Below are positions 1 to 13,731 of a stretch of DNA of 63,655 nucleotides, in pieces (positions within the stretch are counted from its first letter, which is position 1; each line of letters opens with the position of its first letter). Origin of the DNA: Octopus bimaculoides (taxonomy: Eukaryota); contig NC_069001.1 in assembly GCF_001194135.2 (NCBI RefSeq), positions 12,695,057 to 12,758,711 of the forward strand. Direction: 5' to 3'. The position numbers and the translations under genes are program-made. The notes beneath the pieces were generated by a model. It had not been told where the DNA came from. It made no database searches and saw only the letters and a list, made by a program, of their open reading frames with translations.

Positions 1-33
<33 letters not shown>

Positions 34-62
34 CTGTATGTGTGTGTGTAGGTGTGTGTGTG
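1..62. repeat. (TG)n microsatellite
   Basis: Direct TG dinucleotide run at the window start. Confidence 0.95.
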
Positions 63-493
63 CGTTTGTGTTTGTTTTATACACCTAAGTATATTCAAAT
101 ATAACCTGAAATGAGGCTTTATAATGTGAATATCAGTTACTGAGTCACTGTGGTATGGTTCCACCTGTTAAATTAGGTGTGGGTAATTTGGTGTGAACGG
201 CACTATATTTATATTGCACATACTCCCACATTTTAAAGAGTTGCTCTTCTGCTTTGCTAATTGATACCCCGACGTAGATATCAGCTAGCATGAAGTGGCA
301 CCGAATAACGAAATAGACCCATTAAAGTTGTTTAATATTCTCAGCCCAAATAACTGGAAAATTACATAAATGAGCGTTGAGAAAGACATGACCAAAGTGC
401 GCCTGAGTATAGTTAACAACATCGAGCATTAATTATATAGCGTGGAGATATGATAACGGCATTTAATTTACGCCCAAGGATAGTCATTTTAAT

Positions 494-646
494 GGGAAGG
501 GTTATGCGATACCATTGATCCCAGCACTTAACACGTATTTTATGTGCACAAATTTGAAGGGATGAAAGGCAAAGTTGACTGCGGCAAGATTTGAAGAATT
601 GCTGCAAAACATTTTTACACCGATTCTTTAACAATTCTACCAGCTT
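494..646 (-). mobile_element. SINE family A, diverged copy
   Basis: Reverse strand reads agctggtagaattgtt...gtcaactttgcctttcatccc...ctgggatcaatg, matching the family-A head and core seen intact at 52261-52497. Confidence 0.75.
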
Positions 647-743
647 ACTGAGAATAAAATTGATTTCTGATTTAAAAAATAGGCCAGCATTTTAAAAAGA
701 GAACGGGTAGCCGATACCATCCACAGAAATATTTAGACTAGTA

Positions 744-991
744 ACTGCGTCCTTTTAAAGCCTAGCCAGGCTCATATGCCCGGTTTCCCGGTTTCAATGG
801 CGTATGTGTTCCCCAGATGCACGGGGCGCCAGTCTATCGCAGCGAAACTCGTTTTTGCCAGCTGAGTGTACTGGAGCAACGTGAAATGAAGTGTTTTGCT
901 CAAGAACACAACGCGTCGCCCGGCCAAGGAATCGAAACCACAATCCTACTATCAATATGCTGACACTTTAACCACTAAGCCACGCGCCTCT
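744..991 (-). mobile_element. tRNA-derived SINE family C, full length, with a V-domain-like 3' part
   Basis: Minus strand has an A-box-like tggcttagtggtt, a B-box-like ggtttcgattcc, a body gttcttgagcaaaacacttcatttcacgttgctccag and ctgcgatagactggcg. It is flanked by a 15-bp direct repeat with 1 mismatch (atatttagactagta 729-743; atatttagactcgta 992-1006). Confidence 0.9.
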
Positions 992-1744
992 ATATTTAGA
1001 CTCGTACTCGTAACTTATTCACCCAGAAGTATTGAAAGAAAGTTAAAGCCGGTGGAATTTTAAGTGAGAAGGTAAGTAGCCCGGTGAGATAACGCAAAGC
1101 AATTTTTCCAATGCTCAAATGGATTTGCCATCAAGAAAATAAATAAGAAGAGTTAATGACTTTAAAATATGTATACGTTTGTTTTTTCTGCAACTATATC
1201 TGCCAATTGCAGTGGTGTGTTTGTGTGAGTTTTAGGTTGTTTTTGTTTCGTTTTGTTTTGATTCGTTTTGGTGTTATCAGCGAAGTGCATTCACTCTGCA
1301 GCTTGGTGAAGTATTAATATAGAACGAACGTGCTGTAAACATACCGAAATTGAATCTATGTTGGAATGGAAAAATAGAAAATTCTTGCAAAATTGAATAG
1401 TTTAGAAACGCTACTGGAATGAAAGCTAATATGCCAGGTCAATGGATTTTAGCACGTTTAGTGCATGGCGAACAGTAACGCTTTAAAATAGAAATAGAAA
1501 TATGGAGTGAACAAAACAATATTTCATACGAACCAAATCGATGTATCCTAAGACAGAAGCAGATCCTAAATGAGCCGATTGCGTGTTGTTGGATACAATG
1601 AATGAGCAATCATAGCGAAACATGCTGCTTAACCATGATTAGTTCAGTCAGGAAAAACGTGAAATGGTCATCATAAAACTAATTTCGAAGTTAATTAGGT
1701 TATGTATTATTCATAGATAAGTAAAAGATTCCACAGGCTCAGAC

Positions 1745-1885
1745 ATAGCCGATCGGATGAGTTGCTCGCTTTGGAATCACGTATTCACGAGTTCGATTCC
1801 CATTGCATAGCATTTTATAGAATGTTTCCAAATACAAACGTTGGATTGATTCGAGTTTTACGGACGAAACTGAGACCATGTATGG
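1745..1885 (+). mobile_element. SINE family B, old fragment
   Basis: gagttcgattccc B-box and acggacgaaactga resemble the family-B motif gtagacggaaactgaa at 37005 and 61228. Confidence 0.5.
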
Positions 1886-1934
1886 AATATGTCACATGAA
1901 ATATGCCAGCTACTTAAATGATTGGTGTTTATAA

Positions 1935-2140
1935 AGACTAAGTGGCTAGGATATTTGGCTCACGATTGTAAGGGCGTGTGTTCAACTCACGGAGAAGCGT
2001 TGTATCCTTCAGCAAGCCATTTTACTTCACGTTGCTCTCGTCCACTCAGCCGGGCCAAAGTGAGTAGTAAATGTATTTCAACGTGCCATCCTTGTCATAT
2101 TATGTGTCATGCTGAATATCCCTGGCATATGTTAAGTATA
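1935..2140 (+). mobile_element. SINE family C, diverged copy
   Basis: gtggctaggatatttggctcacgattgtaagg...cttcacgttgctctcgtccactcagc...gtgagtag parallels the family-C body. Confidence 0.65.
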
Positions 2141-2340
2141 CGCGAGTATCTATTTACTTCGTCTTTTAATTAATATATACATTTATATATATATGTGTGC
2201 ATGTATGTATGTATGTATGTACGTATATATTATATTATATTATATACTACCAATCCTCAAACGATATCTACACCATTCCTTAGATATTTAAAAAACGTAT
2301 ACAGCTCAAGTCCCTTTTCGTCAAACATCAATCTTTATAA

Positions 2341-2475
2341 TGGTTTCAAATTTTGGCACTTATTTTATCATCACCGAAAGGACGAAAGGCAAAGTTAACC
2401 TCGGTGAAACTTGAACTCAGAACGTAAAGACGGCCAAAATATCGCTAGGCATTTTGCCCAGCGTGATGACGATTC
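2341..2475 (-). mobile_element. SINE family A fragment
   Basis: cgaaaggacgaaaggcaaagttaacctcggtgaaacttgaactcagaacgtaaag is the reverse complement of the family-A core. Confidence 0.8.
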
Positions 2476-3319
2476 AGACTTATGGACATTTGATAATCAA
2501 ATATCTTTGATTCGGGTTCGATTCCAAACTACATTCAACTGACATTGGTTCTCTCGTAGAATTTCCTTGATTTTTAAGTTATGTAAATAAAAACCTTGCA
2601 TCGAAATTGCATAATAATTTGTTCTCTAAATACCAGGCAGATTACGGTGTGGCTTTATGACTACACTAAAGAAACAACTTTTCTATGAGACATTGCGTTT
2701 TAATAATGAAATATTTACGCAGGGGGGAGGGCGGTGTTTGATATACGTCTGCATGAAACCGATCCCAGATTTATAATGGAAATTCCCTATGTAATAAAAT
2801 CATTCTATATTAATTTACGTTCCGTACGGCATCTTGCTCACCAGCTTTATGACTGCAATAAAGAAAAGCTCGAAATTCGTGGCTGCTTCAGGAGCATGGT
2901 GGAAATTAGATTATTCACTAAACGATTTAATGTCTTCAATCTGCACAGCTTCATTTACCACCAGGCGCCATATTTATTAGGGAGAAACCAGACCAAACAA
3001 TTGCAGCCCGATCATATTTTGAAGACCACGTGGAGAGGGAACCGTTGAAGTGTCAGTACATGTATAATGTCATTATTGTAGTAGAAATAATCAGATTCAT
3101 TCATTCATATTGTAAGGACATACCCGCAGAAAATCATTCAATAACCTCCCTTATCTCTAAATCTCAGTAAGCAGATATCCAATCAAAACAGCTGGCTTCA
3201 TCTCAAATGTCTTCTAGCACTAAAGGTCAACATATCAAGCGCTATTATATTTAAGCGCTAGTTCTAAAACAAAAGCAATCACAAATGAGATTCTATTATA
3301 TTATACAGTAAGATCAGCG

Positions 3320-3500
3320 AGTTCCTATATCATTCTTGCGCGAATGCAATCCGGATGTGTTTCACATTACGCCCCATAAATATGTGATCGCCATTGTTTT
3401 GATACGTTCACAATTTCAAGATTGTCTCGCAATAACATCAAGGTAATTGAGTGGCCTTCCTTTAATACTCGTGTTCCGAAGCTACCCAAATAGAACATCC
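3320..3500 (+). mobile_element. Highly decayed Tc1-like transposase fragment
   Basis: Across frameshifts it reads FLRECNPDVF..PH, then NNIKVIEWPS and ..IEH. This follows the order of the Tc1 motifs FQQDNARPH / NNIxVLxWP / SPDLNPIEH. Confidence 0.45.
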
Positions 3501-3845
3501 GTTACAGCGTGGGTTTCGGTATATTAACAGTGGTCGACAAAATTTATTCTGCTGGCAGCAACAGTATGACAGGTAGATTGAATTCGTGCGTACATATCTC
3601 CAAGGAAATCTCGAAGCTCATAAAAGAAATTAACTGAAACTCCTATGTAAAGCAATCAATAAATTGAACAGTCATCAAAATAACAACAACGATGATACTG
3701 ATAATAATACTAATAATAATAACAATAAGAATAATACTAATAATAATAATATAAACTCAACGAGTGCTTGATTAATTGATGGAAAATAGAATATATGTCA
3801 TTCATTACCATCTCGCGAAAGTCTTTCTCCCCGCCCTCTGTCTCT

Positions 3846-4087
3846 CATGTGTATATATATATATACGTACAAATGTGAATATATATATATATATATGAAT
3901 ACATATACATACATATATGAATACATATACATATATATATATATATATATATGAATACATATACATACATATATATATATGAATACATATACATACATAT
4001 ATATATATGAATACATATACATATGTATATATATACATATATATATGACGTATGCGTATACATCTACAACATATATGTATATATATT

Positions 4088-4122
<35 letters not shown>

Positions 4123-4180
4123 GTATATGTACATATATATGTGTACATATATATATGTATGTATGCATATATATATTATA
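3846..4180. repeat. Compound (TA)n tract with repeated atgaatacatatacatac units
   Basis: Direct inspection. Confidence 0.95.
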
Positions 4181-4519
4181 AAACTCTACCTGTCTCGGAA
4201 TCTCGTTTCCCATATCTCTCAATAAATGTCTACATATCCTCATCTCCATCCTTTCTCTCTCTCACCCTCACTCTCTCTCTCTCTCTCTCTCCACCTTTAT
4301 GCCTCCCTCTCACCCTTCCTCTATCGCTTATATATATCTCTCTATCTCATCACCCCCTCTACCTTCCTCCTCCAACTTCATTCCTTACCAACAGTAATTC
4401 ATACGTCAAACACACACATACACACAAAGAGAAGAAAAAAAAACATCATTATCTAAGCGACTGGACAAGTCATTAAGTTAATCTTAATTAAAGAATAAAA
4501 CTAGTAAGAACATATTCAC

Positions 4520-4830
4520 TGTCTGCTGCTGCTGTTGTTGTTGTTTCGATAGTATTTCTCTCGATATTCTGATGGTTATTGATGTTATTGTTATTGTTGT
4601 AGATATTGCTGTTACTGCTGTTGTATCCGGTTATAATTGTTGTTATAGCTGTTCTTATTAATTTTGTAATTGTTATCGCTATTGTTTTTGTAGTTTTTTT
4701 TGTTGTTGTTGTTGCTGTTACTGTTATTACACATTCTGTTATTGCTACAACAGCAGCAGCAGCAATGACAGCAGTTACAGAAGTAGTAGCGTTATTATTA
4801 TTTTTTTTTGTTGTTGCTGTTGTTTTTATT

Positions 4831-4882
<52 letters not shown>

Positions 4883-4909
4883 TTTGTTGTTTTTATTATT
4901 TTTTTGTTG

Positions 4910-4945
<36 letters not shown>

Positions 4946-5185
4946 GTTATTATTATTATTATTATTATTATTTTGTTGTTTTTATTATTATTATTATTAT
5001 TATTATCATTAGTAGTAGTAGTAGTCATTGATGCTGTGCGGTGATGAAGTTTATGGTGGCGGAACTAGTGGCTAGTGATGGTGTTGGTGGCGGTGTTGCT
5101 GGTGGCCGTGGTAGCGGTGGTGGTGGTAGAGGGGGATGCGGGTGGGGTCGTGATGGTGGGTAGGTTTGTGAAGGAGGTGGTAGTT
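4520..5185. repeat. Trinucleotide low-complexity block (GTT/ATT, then GGT-rich)
   Basis: Long (ATT)n runs with GTT and TTT interruptions, followed by a GGT-rich tract. Confidence 0.95.
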
Positions 5186-5261
5186 AATGGTTTTAAATGT
5201 CAAGTGAAATCATTTGAAAGGAAATTCATGATTGAAGCTCAGTTTATCTAATATATATACA

Positions 5262-5652
<391 letters not shown>

Positions 5653-6245
5653 TAAAGTAAATGTGTGTGTTTTTGTACCTGCAAGATTATTGTAGTTTAT
5701 ATTTAGCGACATTTTCTGTGTATGGAAATCTTACTAAATAATATTCAAAATACACATGCACACGCACAAACACCCACACACTCACATAATATATATATAT
5801 ATATTAACATAACAAATGCATATATATATATGTATACATACATATATATATATATATATATATGTGTGTATATATATATGTATGTATGTATATATAGTGT
5901 AGTAATGATGTAGTAGCTGACAATACACTTCGTCTACGAAGCCGACAATTACTCTCTTCTAATTATATGTTTCTACGCAAAAATACTGATTAACAACCAT
6001 TCCGAACAATTTAATGTGTCTAGTTGATGATAAAGATTACAACGTACACACCCATGCTCACACATAACATACTCACAAACGCAGAAACGTATATACTCAC
6101 ATACACACGCACGTAGTCATACACTGCAAAATACAACTTACAAACGCACGTCTACACACGTTGACACAGCCACATACGGACGCATTATTAATACGCGCAA
6201 ATACTTAAGTACACATTGCTTCTGCTATATATAGTGATTAAATCC

Positions 6246-6259
6246 TATATGTATATATT

Positions 6260-6307
<48 letters not shown>

Positions 6308-6560
6308 CATATGTATACATATATATATATATATACATATGTATACATATATATATACATATGTATACATATATATATATACATATATATATATAGATAT
6401 GTATATATATATATAGATATGTATATATATATATAGATATGTATACATATATATATATATACATATGTATACATATATATATATATATACATATGTATAC
6501 ATATATATATATACATATGTATGTATGCATACATGTATGTATTTGTGTATGTATGTATGT
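6246..6560. repeat. (TA)n tract with recurring palindromic atgtatacat units
   Basis: Direct inspection. Confidence 0.95.
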
Positions 6561-6629
6561 ATTTGTGGTTAGTGTGAGCGGTGGATTTGTAAAATGATAA
6601 TTCCTGTGAGTAAGGAATTGTACAGAAGC

Positions 6630-6815
6630 CGTCATGTGGAGTATACCTGCGACTGAAACGGCGCTGCTTCTAATACACTGTGTCTAACTGATCGTAGCTT
6701 CAGGTATCTTTGGAGTACTCAGCCGGTTAAACGACAAATCAAGAGCAGGTAATTTAGCTGATCGAACAACTAAATCCCCATCGTCGAATGATGGTCTTCC
6801 TCGACCAGACTTAAT
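6630..6815 (+). mobile_element. Diverged 3' half related to SINE family D
   Basis: tggagtactcagcc...gagcagg...gctgatcgaacaact...catcgtcg parallels the family-D tail tggagtgctcagcc...gagcagg...ttgatcggatcaact...cgtcgt. Confidence 0.55.
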
Positions 6816-7661
6816 GATGTGTAAAAATTACTATCGCTAGCATTTCTTTTCCAAACGATTAAAGTTTTTTTTTTTTTTTCATTTCTGGTGTAGCTGATTT
6901 GGTGAAGAATATTTTTTGCGTTCGAAAACATTTGCCATTGTTCTACAACAATTTTGATCTATGTTTTAACCAATTATAGTTTGGCCTCTGTATCTCTTCG
7001 TATAAATGCACTTTTTAGTTTGATCTGCTGGCAAATGTTTGAAAAACATTTACAAACACACACACACACACACACTCACACACACACACACACTGAGTAA
7101 TGTTTAGTGATACCAACAATGTGAAATATTGCTNNNNNNNNNNNNNNNNNNNNNNNNNNNNNNNNNNNNNNNNNNNNNNNNNNNNNNNNNNNNNNNNNNN
7201 NNNNNNNNNNNNNNNNNNNNNNNNNNNNNNNNNNNNNNNNNNNNNNNNNNNNNNNNNNNNNNNNNNNNNNNNNNNNNNNNNNNNNNNNNNNNNNNNNNNN
7301 NNNNNNNNNNNNNNNNNNNNNNNNNNNNNNNNNNNNNNNNNNNNNNNNNNNNNNNNNNNNNNNNNNNNNNNNNNNNNNNNNNNNNNNNNNNNNNNNNNNN
7401 NNNNNNNNNNNNNNNNNNNNNNNNNNNNNNNNNNNNNNNNNNNNNNNNNNNNNNNNNNNNNNNNNNNNNNNNNNNNNNNNNNNNNNNNNNNNNNNNNNNN
7501 NNNNNNNNNNNNNNNNNNNNNNNNNNNNNNNNNNNNNNNNNNNNNNNNNNNNNNNNNNNNNNNNNNNNNNNNNNNNNNNNNNNNNNNNNNNNNNNNNNNN
7601 NNNNNNNNNNNNNNNNNNNNNNNNNNNNNNNNNNNNNNNNNNNNNNNNNNNNNNNNNNNNN

Positions 7662-7694
<33 letters not shown>

Positions 7695-7744
7695 TCGTTG
7701 ACCAAACAACATTCGATTTTTTTTTCCGTGTTTTTCTCCTTGTT

Positions 7745-7885
7745 TTCTCCGTATTCTTTCTGTTGAAGAGTGTAGCTCGAAACGTTAAAGACTTTCTGTA
7801 TTCCCGAGCGTCAAACTAGTACATCATTTTGTTGGTTACACCAACTGTTCTGGTCTGTTGTTTTTTTTTTCGTACGTTCTCCCAA
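7745..7885 (+). mobile_element. Penelope-like retroelement terminal fragment carrying a hammerhead-like motif
   Basis: ctgttgaagagtgtagctcgaaacgttaaagac followed by ttcccgagcgtcaaact...gttctccc; a second copy lies at 54324-54434. The GA...GAAACG terminus is typical of Penelope pseudo-LTRs (family knowledge). Confidence 0.6.
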
Positions 7886-8659
7886 ATATATATAAAGACG
7901 GTGTTTACACATAGTTTACAGCTTCAAATTTCGTCTCTAAAATCACTGGTCGGCCCGGTGATATGTTACAAAACACATCTGTTGAACTGTTGAAGTTGCA
8001 GTGTAGTGGGAAAGAAAACGTAACTACACAGCCATACCTGGGTCTGCATATATGAATATACAACCATGATAAATCTTACCACCGAAGCGTTCCAAATGTA
8101 TGGATGGTAACAACAATCGGTGATATGCACTTGATATGCAGATGCATTAACCTGAGAATTTTTTTTGTTGTATTTTTGAGGTGTTTCATCAATGTAAACA
8201 TGGAAAGAGGGAATATCAAGCAAATTTATGCGAATACGAAATGCGTGGAATGGTAATGATAACAAATCAGGGCATGGTGAATATAATACCAAAAAAAAAA
8301 AACAAAAAAAAACAAGACGGAGAGAGATTTAGTAGGTGTTTGAGAATTAAGCATGGACTGACATGCAGCGAACATAACTGAGTACAGTTATTCGACAATG
8401 TCTTTCTCACTGTCTTTCACTTCTCTCCCCATCTTTCTCTCTCTCTATCTATCTATCTTCCTCTTTACATAAATCTTGGTGTACGTTGAGTGTGTGTGTT
8501 TGTGTATGTATATATATGTATATATATATATATGTATATATATAGATATATATANNNNNNNNNNNNNNNNNNNNNNNNNNNNNNNNNNNNNNNNNNNNNN
8601 NNNNNNNNNNNNNNNNNNNNNNNNNNNNNNNNNNNNNNNNNNNNNNNNNNNNNNCACAT

Positions 8660-8704
<45 letters not shown>

Positions 8705-9506
8705 AGTATCTATTTTGTCTCCATCGTGGACATTTCGATGTTGTGTTCCATTGTGTCGTAATCGCTTACAAAATAGCAAGACGTTTGGCAAAAATGCTTA
8801 GAAATAAAACTGAATTTGCTATTGAGAACATGTTTGAAAAAAAAATTGAAGAAAAAAAAATGAAAAGGAAAAACCACACAGGAAAACAATTTTTCATTTT
8901 TATTTTTGTTCGTGAAATGTCCTGACTATTTTCGCATATTTTCGTACTTCAATGCTCCCAATCTCTTTTTAATTTAATTGTTATTCATTATTATTATTAT
9001 CATTAATATTATGATTTTATTTTCTGGTGTAAATATCATTGCCTAATATACGTTGGTAATAAAGAATCGGTCCTCTAGCGTCTTACAGCACAATGTACTA
9101 TATTGGCTTAAACATATTTGAAATCGATCCATCTGTTTGCTAAACCTAATTCACATCGTCAAATTCAGCTTCTGCGCGTGAGACCACACCTAAAGACCAT
9201 CACACGTATACCACCAGCTTAGTCACATAGGAAAGACATCTATAGGGAATCCGAATAACCACTGATCAATCTGTAAAAACAATACAGCAAGACAGAAATA
9301 CAGAAAAATTCACATACTACTACTACTACTACTACTACTACTGATACCTCCAACGCTGCTGCAACTAGTGACATCAAGAACAAAATGCAAAACACGAGAT
9401 CAACATTATATTTTTTTATATTCATATAATTAATGCACGTATGATTCTGTAAGTTAGATAGCTATCTTAAATAATGCATACATAGACACATAAATGCATG
9501 TGTATA

Positions 9507-9550
<44 letters not shown>

Positions 9551-9646
9551 CACTTACGACACATTTTCAATGTGGAGTTAGAGGAAACAGGAAGACCTCA
9601 GCAAAATTTCGCACACTGGATACAAAGTTTTCATCGATAGTTTTTT

Positions 9647-9684
<38 letters not shown>

Positions 9685-9954
9685 GAATCAATTATGTTAA
9701 GATAAAAATGAACTGACACTAAGAAAACGAACGTTCAAAGTGGAAATGACATTGAAAGCCGACATTTTCTAACGCTAATTTTAAACACATGTTTATAATA
9801 ACGGTTTCTTTTTGTCGCCAAACCTAGAAAAATATTTTCAAAGAATTCATAATGTTTTCTCATAAATATCAGTAATCGGTGGAACGTCATTACTTGTATT
9901 TCAAATTTGAAATATTTTCTCACAAATTCCAGTATAAATCTTTACATATATTCT

Positions 9955-9989
<35 letters not shown>

Positions 9990-11027
9990 CATACACGTTT
10001 TCACGTCTTTTAGTCACTATTATACAACTATTGGTAACAAAACCTAATGATTCCACAGTCACATGATTATTAATAATAATAATAATATCAATAATAATAA
10101 ATACAATAATAATAATAATGATAATAAAGATTTGTCATCAGTATCGTTATTTTTGTTGTTATCATTATTATTATTGTTATGATAATAGCACTAGAAATTC
10201 TTTGTTGTCTTTTTTCTTGTTTGGTGATGGTAGTCGAAAAAAAAATATACTAAAACGAATGGATATGCGTTTATTCAGTTCTAGAAATAAAAATAACGCC
10301 GTGGATTTTTTTGAATTTTATTTTATTTTATTTCTCTTTTATTTTCCTTGGAAATCTACTTCCAATCAAACTTTCATTTTCTGGAATTCTGCAGTGATCG
10401 ATATCTATGAGGTAGGGTCACCTAAAATATATGCATATTTTCAACATCTATGGCCGTATCTTATGCCGTGTATGACTGTCTGGTACCACACATGTAGCAA
10501 GAGGATATTTTTGGGTGTTTATCATATTCGTTTCCCACGTTCTCCTTTGCCGCCTACCGTGTTTGTTACCCGATAGGTGTGAGATACGGTACGTAGAAGC
10601 CGAGACCTGTGCACTTATATCACCAGTGACTACACCGCTGTATGACTGTTAGGCACCGATCACCAGCATTCGATCACAGCGTTAGGATGTTTATTTCTAG
10701 AGACAAAGCACACGTGTTTGTGTGCATGTTTTATATTTTTTCTGATTCACTTTTTCACTACCTATTTGATCTTCTTATTCATAAGTGGAATGTACGTCTG
10801 TATATAATATAAAGAGAATGTATTTGAAACTAATTTCATTCAGTGTGTTTCATTAGATGTGTGCCAGTACAATAAAGGGAAAAAATATTCCAGTAGTAAG
10901 TTATAGAGAAACGATTTATGTTCGATGAAGACTGGTAGTGACATTAAACGGCAAACGGCCACCACCTTTCAAATGATTGAACTCTCTTGGTTGTAAAAGG
11001 CAAAGTCGTTGCTAAAAAGGTATTCCG

Positions 11028-11069
<42 letters not shown>

Positions 11070-11368
11070 GTATGTATATATTTATATATCTTCGAAGATC
11101 TATCGGAAGGTTGGTTGTTAAAAGGGCAACGCATACTATATTATATTGTATCCGGTTGTTTTGTACATTTATTCTAAACACTGTGACATAGTGAATATTG
11201 TTTCTAATCAAATATGAACAGAAAAATAATATACTAAATAATAAACAAAAATAGAGTATAAGACAAAATGGTGTATTTCCCCGATACATGATAAAGAAAA
11301 AACCCACACAACGATACGACATTTTGAGATTACAAGTAAACGATAAGAGATATACATTGATTGAAAGC

Positions 11369-11416
<48 letters not shown>

Positions 11417-12461
11417 CATATATGCATATATGTATATATATATATATACATATANNNNNNNNNNNNNNNNNNNNNNNNNNNNNNNNNNNNNNNNNNNNNN
11501 NNNNNNNNNNNNNNNNNNNNNNNNNNNNNNNNNNNNNNNNNNNNNNNNNNNNNNNNNNNNNNNNNNNNNNNNNNNNNNNNNNNNNNNNNNNNNNNNNNNN
11601 NNNNNNNNNNNNNNNNNNNNNNNNNNNNNNNNNNNNNNNNNNNNNNNNNNNNNNNNNNNNNNNNNNNNNNNNNNNNNNTATATATATATATATATATATA
11701 TGAACATACATTTAACAGAGAAGGTCACAAACAAGATTGTGGCAACAGCATGTTTTTTTTTTTCATTCGGTTTTCAGTTTGAGAAACGAAATTTCCGATT
11801 CTGTAAAGCACTGAAAAATGTGCTCCGTTTATTATGTTCTGGTGTCATCTGGTCTTCTCGCGTCTTACGTTTCGTCCATATCGATTTGTTCCATACTCAC
11901 TCCACTATCACTTCGGAATATCACCGCTGTAAATTGGTGAATTCCTTTCGGTTAGGGATTGATGTAAGTATTGTGTACATACTCTCTTGTTGGCTTCTCT
12001 TTCTCTCCCTCCAACTGTCTCCCTTTGCCCTCTCTCTCTCTCTCACCTCTATTTATACCAAATTTAAATCTATTCCTCATATGTACCAGGTAGACAAAAT
12101 ATTACGTTGAACAAATGTGGAGCCTGATATGCATTAATGGTGGTATTGTCACGGCTGCAACGCTTTTCATCATATGTCTGCTCGATTAAGGCTGTCCTCG
12201 ATCTAAACAACAATAGCAATACTATCAACTATACTGCTTATAATGTGAAACCATTATTATTTTATATTGTGTTTCCTGTTGCGTGTTTCAAAAAGCTTAT
12301 GTCGTAACAATTGCTGCTGTTGTGTAGCCCTAGGTCAGCGCACTCGAGATCTGTCTATGATAAAAGGCATTTAATTGTTTTCTCTTTCTTCCATTCTCTC
12401 TAAACATACTAAGTATACTACAACGTATGTTTGCCACACATTTTTATTAATTTCGCGGTCT

Positions 12462-12745
12462 TGTGGTTAGGGTGTTGCACTAACGATTATAAAAACATCG
12501 TTTCAGTTCCAATGCTGGGCGGCGCGTCGTGTTCTTGAACAGGTCAATTCATTTTAGGAGGCTCCAGTTCACCCAGCTCTAAATGATGTCGAGCTTTTCG
12601 CAGGAAAATTAACTCTGTGACCAATGGCTTCCTGTTCAGAGGGAGGCGGGTAGTGCAGTAATTTGTCACTACTTATTCGTCACTTGACCGAGTAAAGACA
12701 CGCTCTTATGAGTCCACGGGCTCACAAGCGATCTAAGTCTTAAGT
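12462..12745 (+). mobile_element. SINE family C variant, diverged
   Basis: gtggttagggtgttgcac...gtcgtgttcttgaacagg...gctccagttcacccagct matches the family-C head; the 3' part differs (gatggcttcctgttcagaggg-like, then cttatgagtccacgggctcac). Confidence 0.6.
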
Positions 12746-13453
12746 AATAGATGACGAGAGTATTATATGAGGGCGTTCACATGTGGCTAACATTCCTAGC
12801 TGCTCAAGCAATTACCATACACCTTGGGGCAGTCCAATAAAATACCTCAAAATATCTTATACCCGATTCTTATCCGAGCACACCCTAAATATCCTTCCTT
12901 CCGCCATCAAACACTCACACCACTAACAATTATTATTGTATTGTACTTTTTAAATTAAACCCAATGTTATCCTTTTTATTCTACTGGTCCTTAAATGTGA
13001 CCTGTTTGCATGGAGCCTGCATGTTTGTAGAGGTAGATTAGCATAAACACTTTTTTTAAATTCAAAACAATATTAATTCTTCAGAGCACGTAAGTATTTT
13101 TCAGTAACATATACACACACACATAAAAAGAAGATAAATAAAAACAAATGGTGACAGTCTACATTGAAACGTAAAGAAAGGTAATTTATTCAAAGCTAAG
13201 ACTTCTATTGATGTTAGTTTTCTTTTCTTTTGTCTTCTCTTTTTATCTCCTTTCCACAATATTAATCACGGTTGAACTAATTATAGCAATTATTTCGTTT
13301 AATAGTTTCTTTAGCCGCAATTTTGAACATTCTATCTCACAGCATATATTTCCTGACATTGCTCCATTCGTATCTATGCATGTATCTGTACATATATGTG
13401 TGCTGTATGTGTGTATGTATGTATGTATGTATGTATTCATGTATGTATGTTTG

Positions 13454-13493
<40 letters not shown>

Positions 13494-13694
13494 AATCTCG
13501 CAAATTCAGCATAGCCTATGATCATGCACATGTTTTTGTGTTCGGAAGCTACAATATATTACTCTTTATCTAAAGCTTTAACAGTTGTGAGGCAAATAAC
13601 ATATTGTTATGTTTTCTTCTTCTCCTTCCTCCTCCGTCTATGTTAGAACTATTACCATTATTAACATTAGTATTATTATCATTGCTGCTGCTGC

Positions 13695-13731
<37 letters not shown>

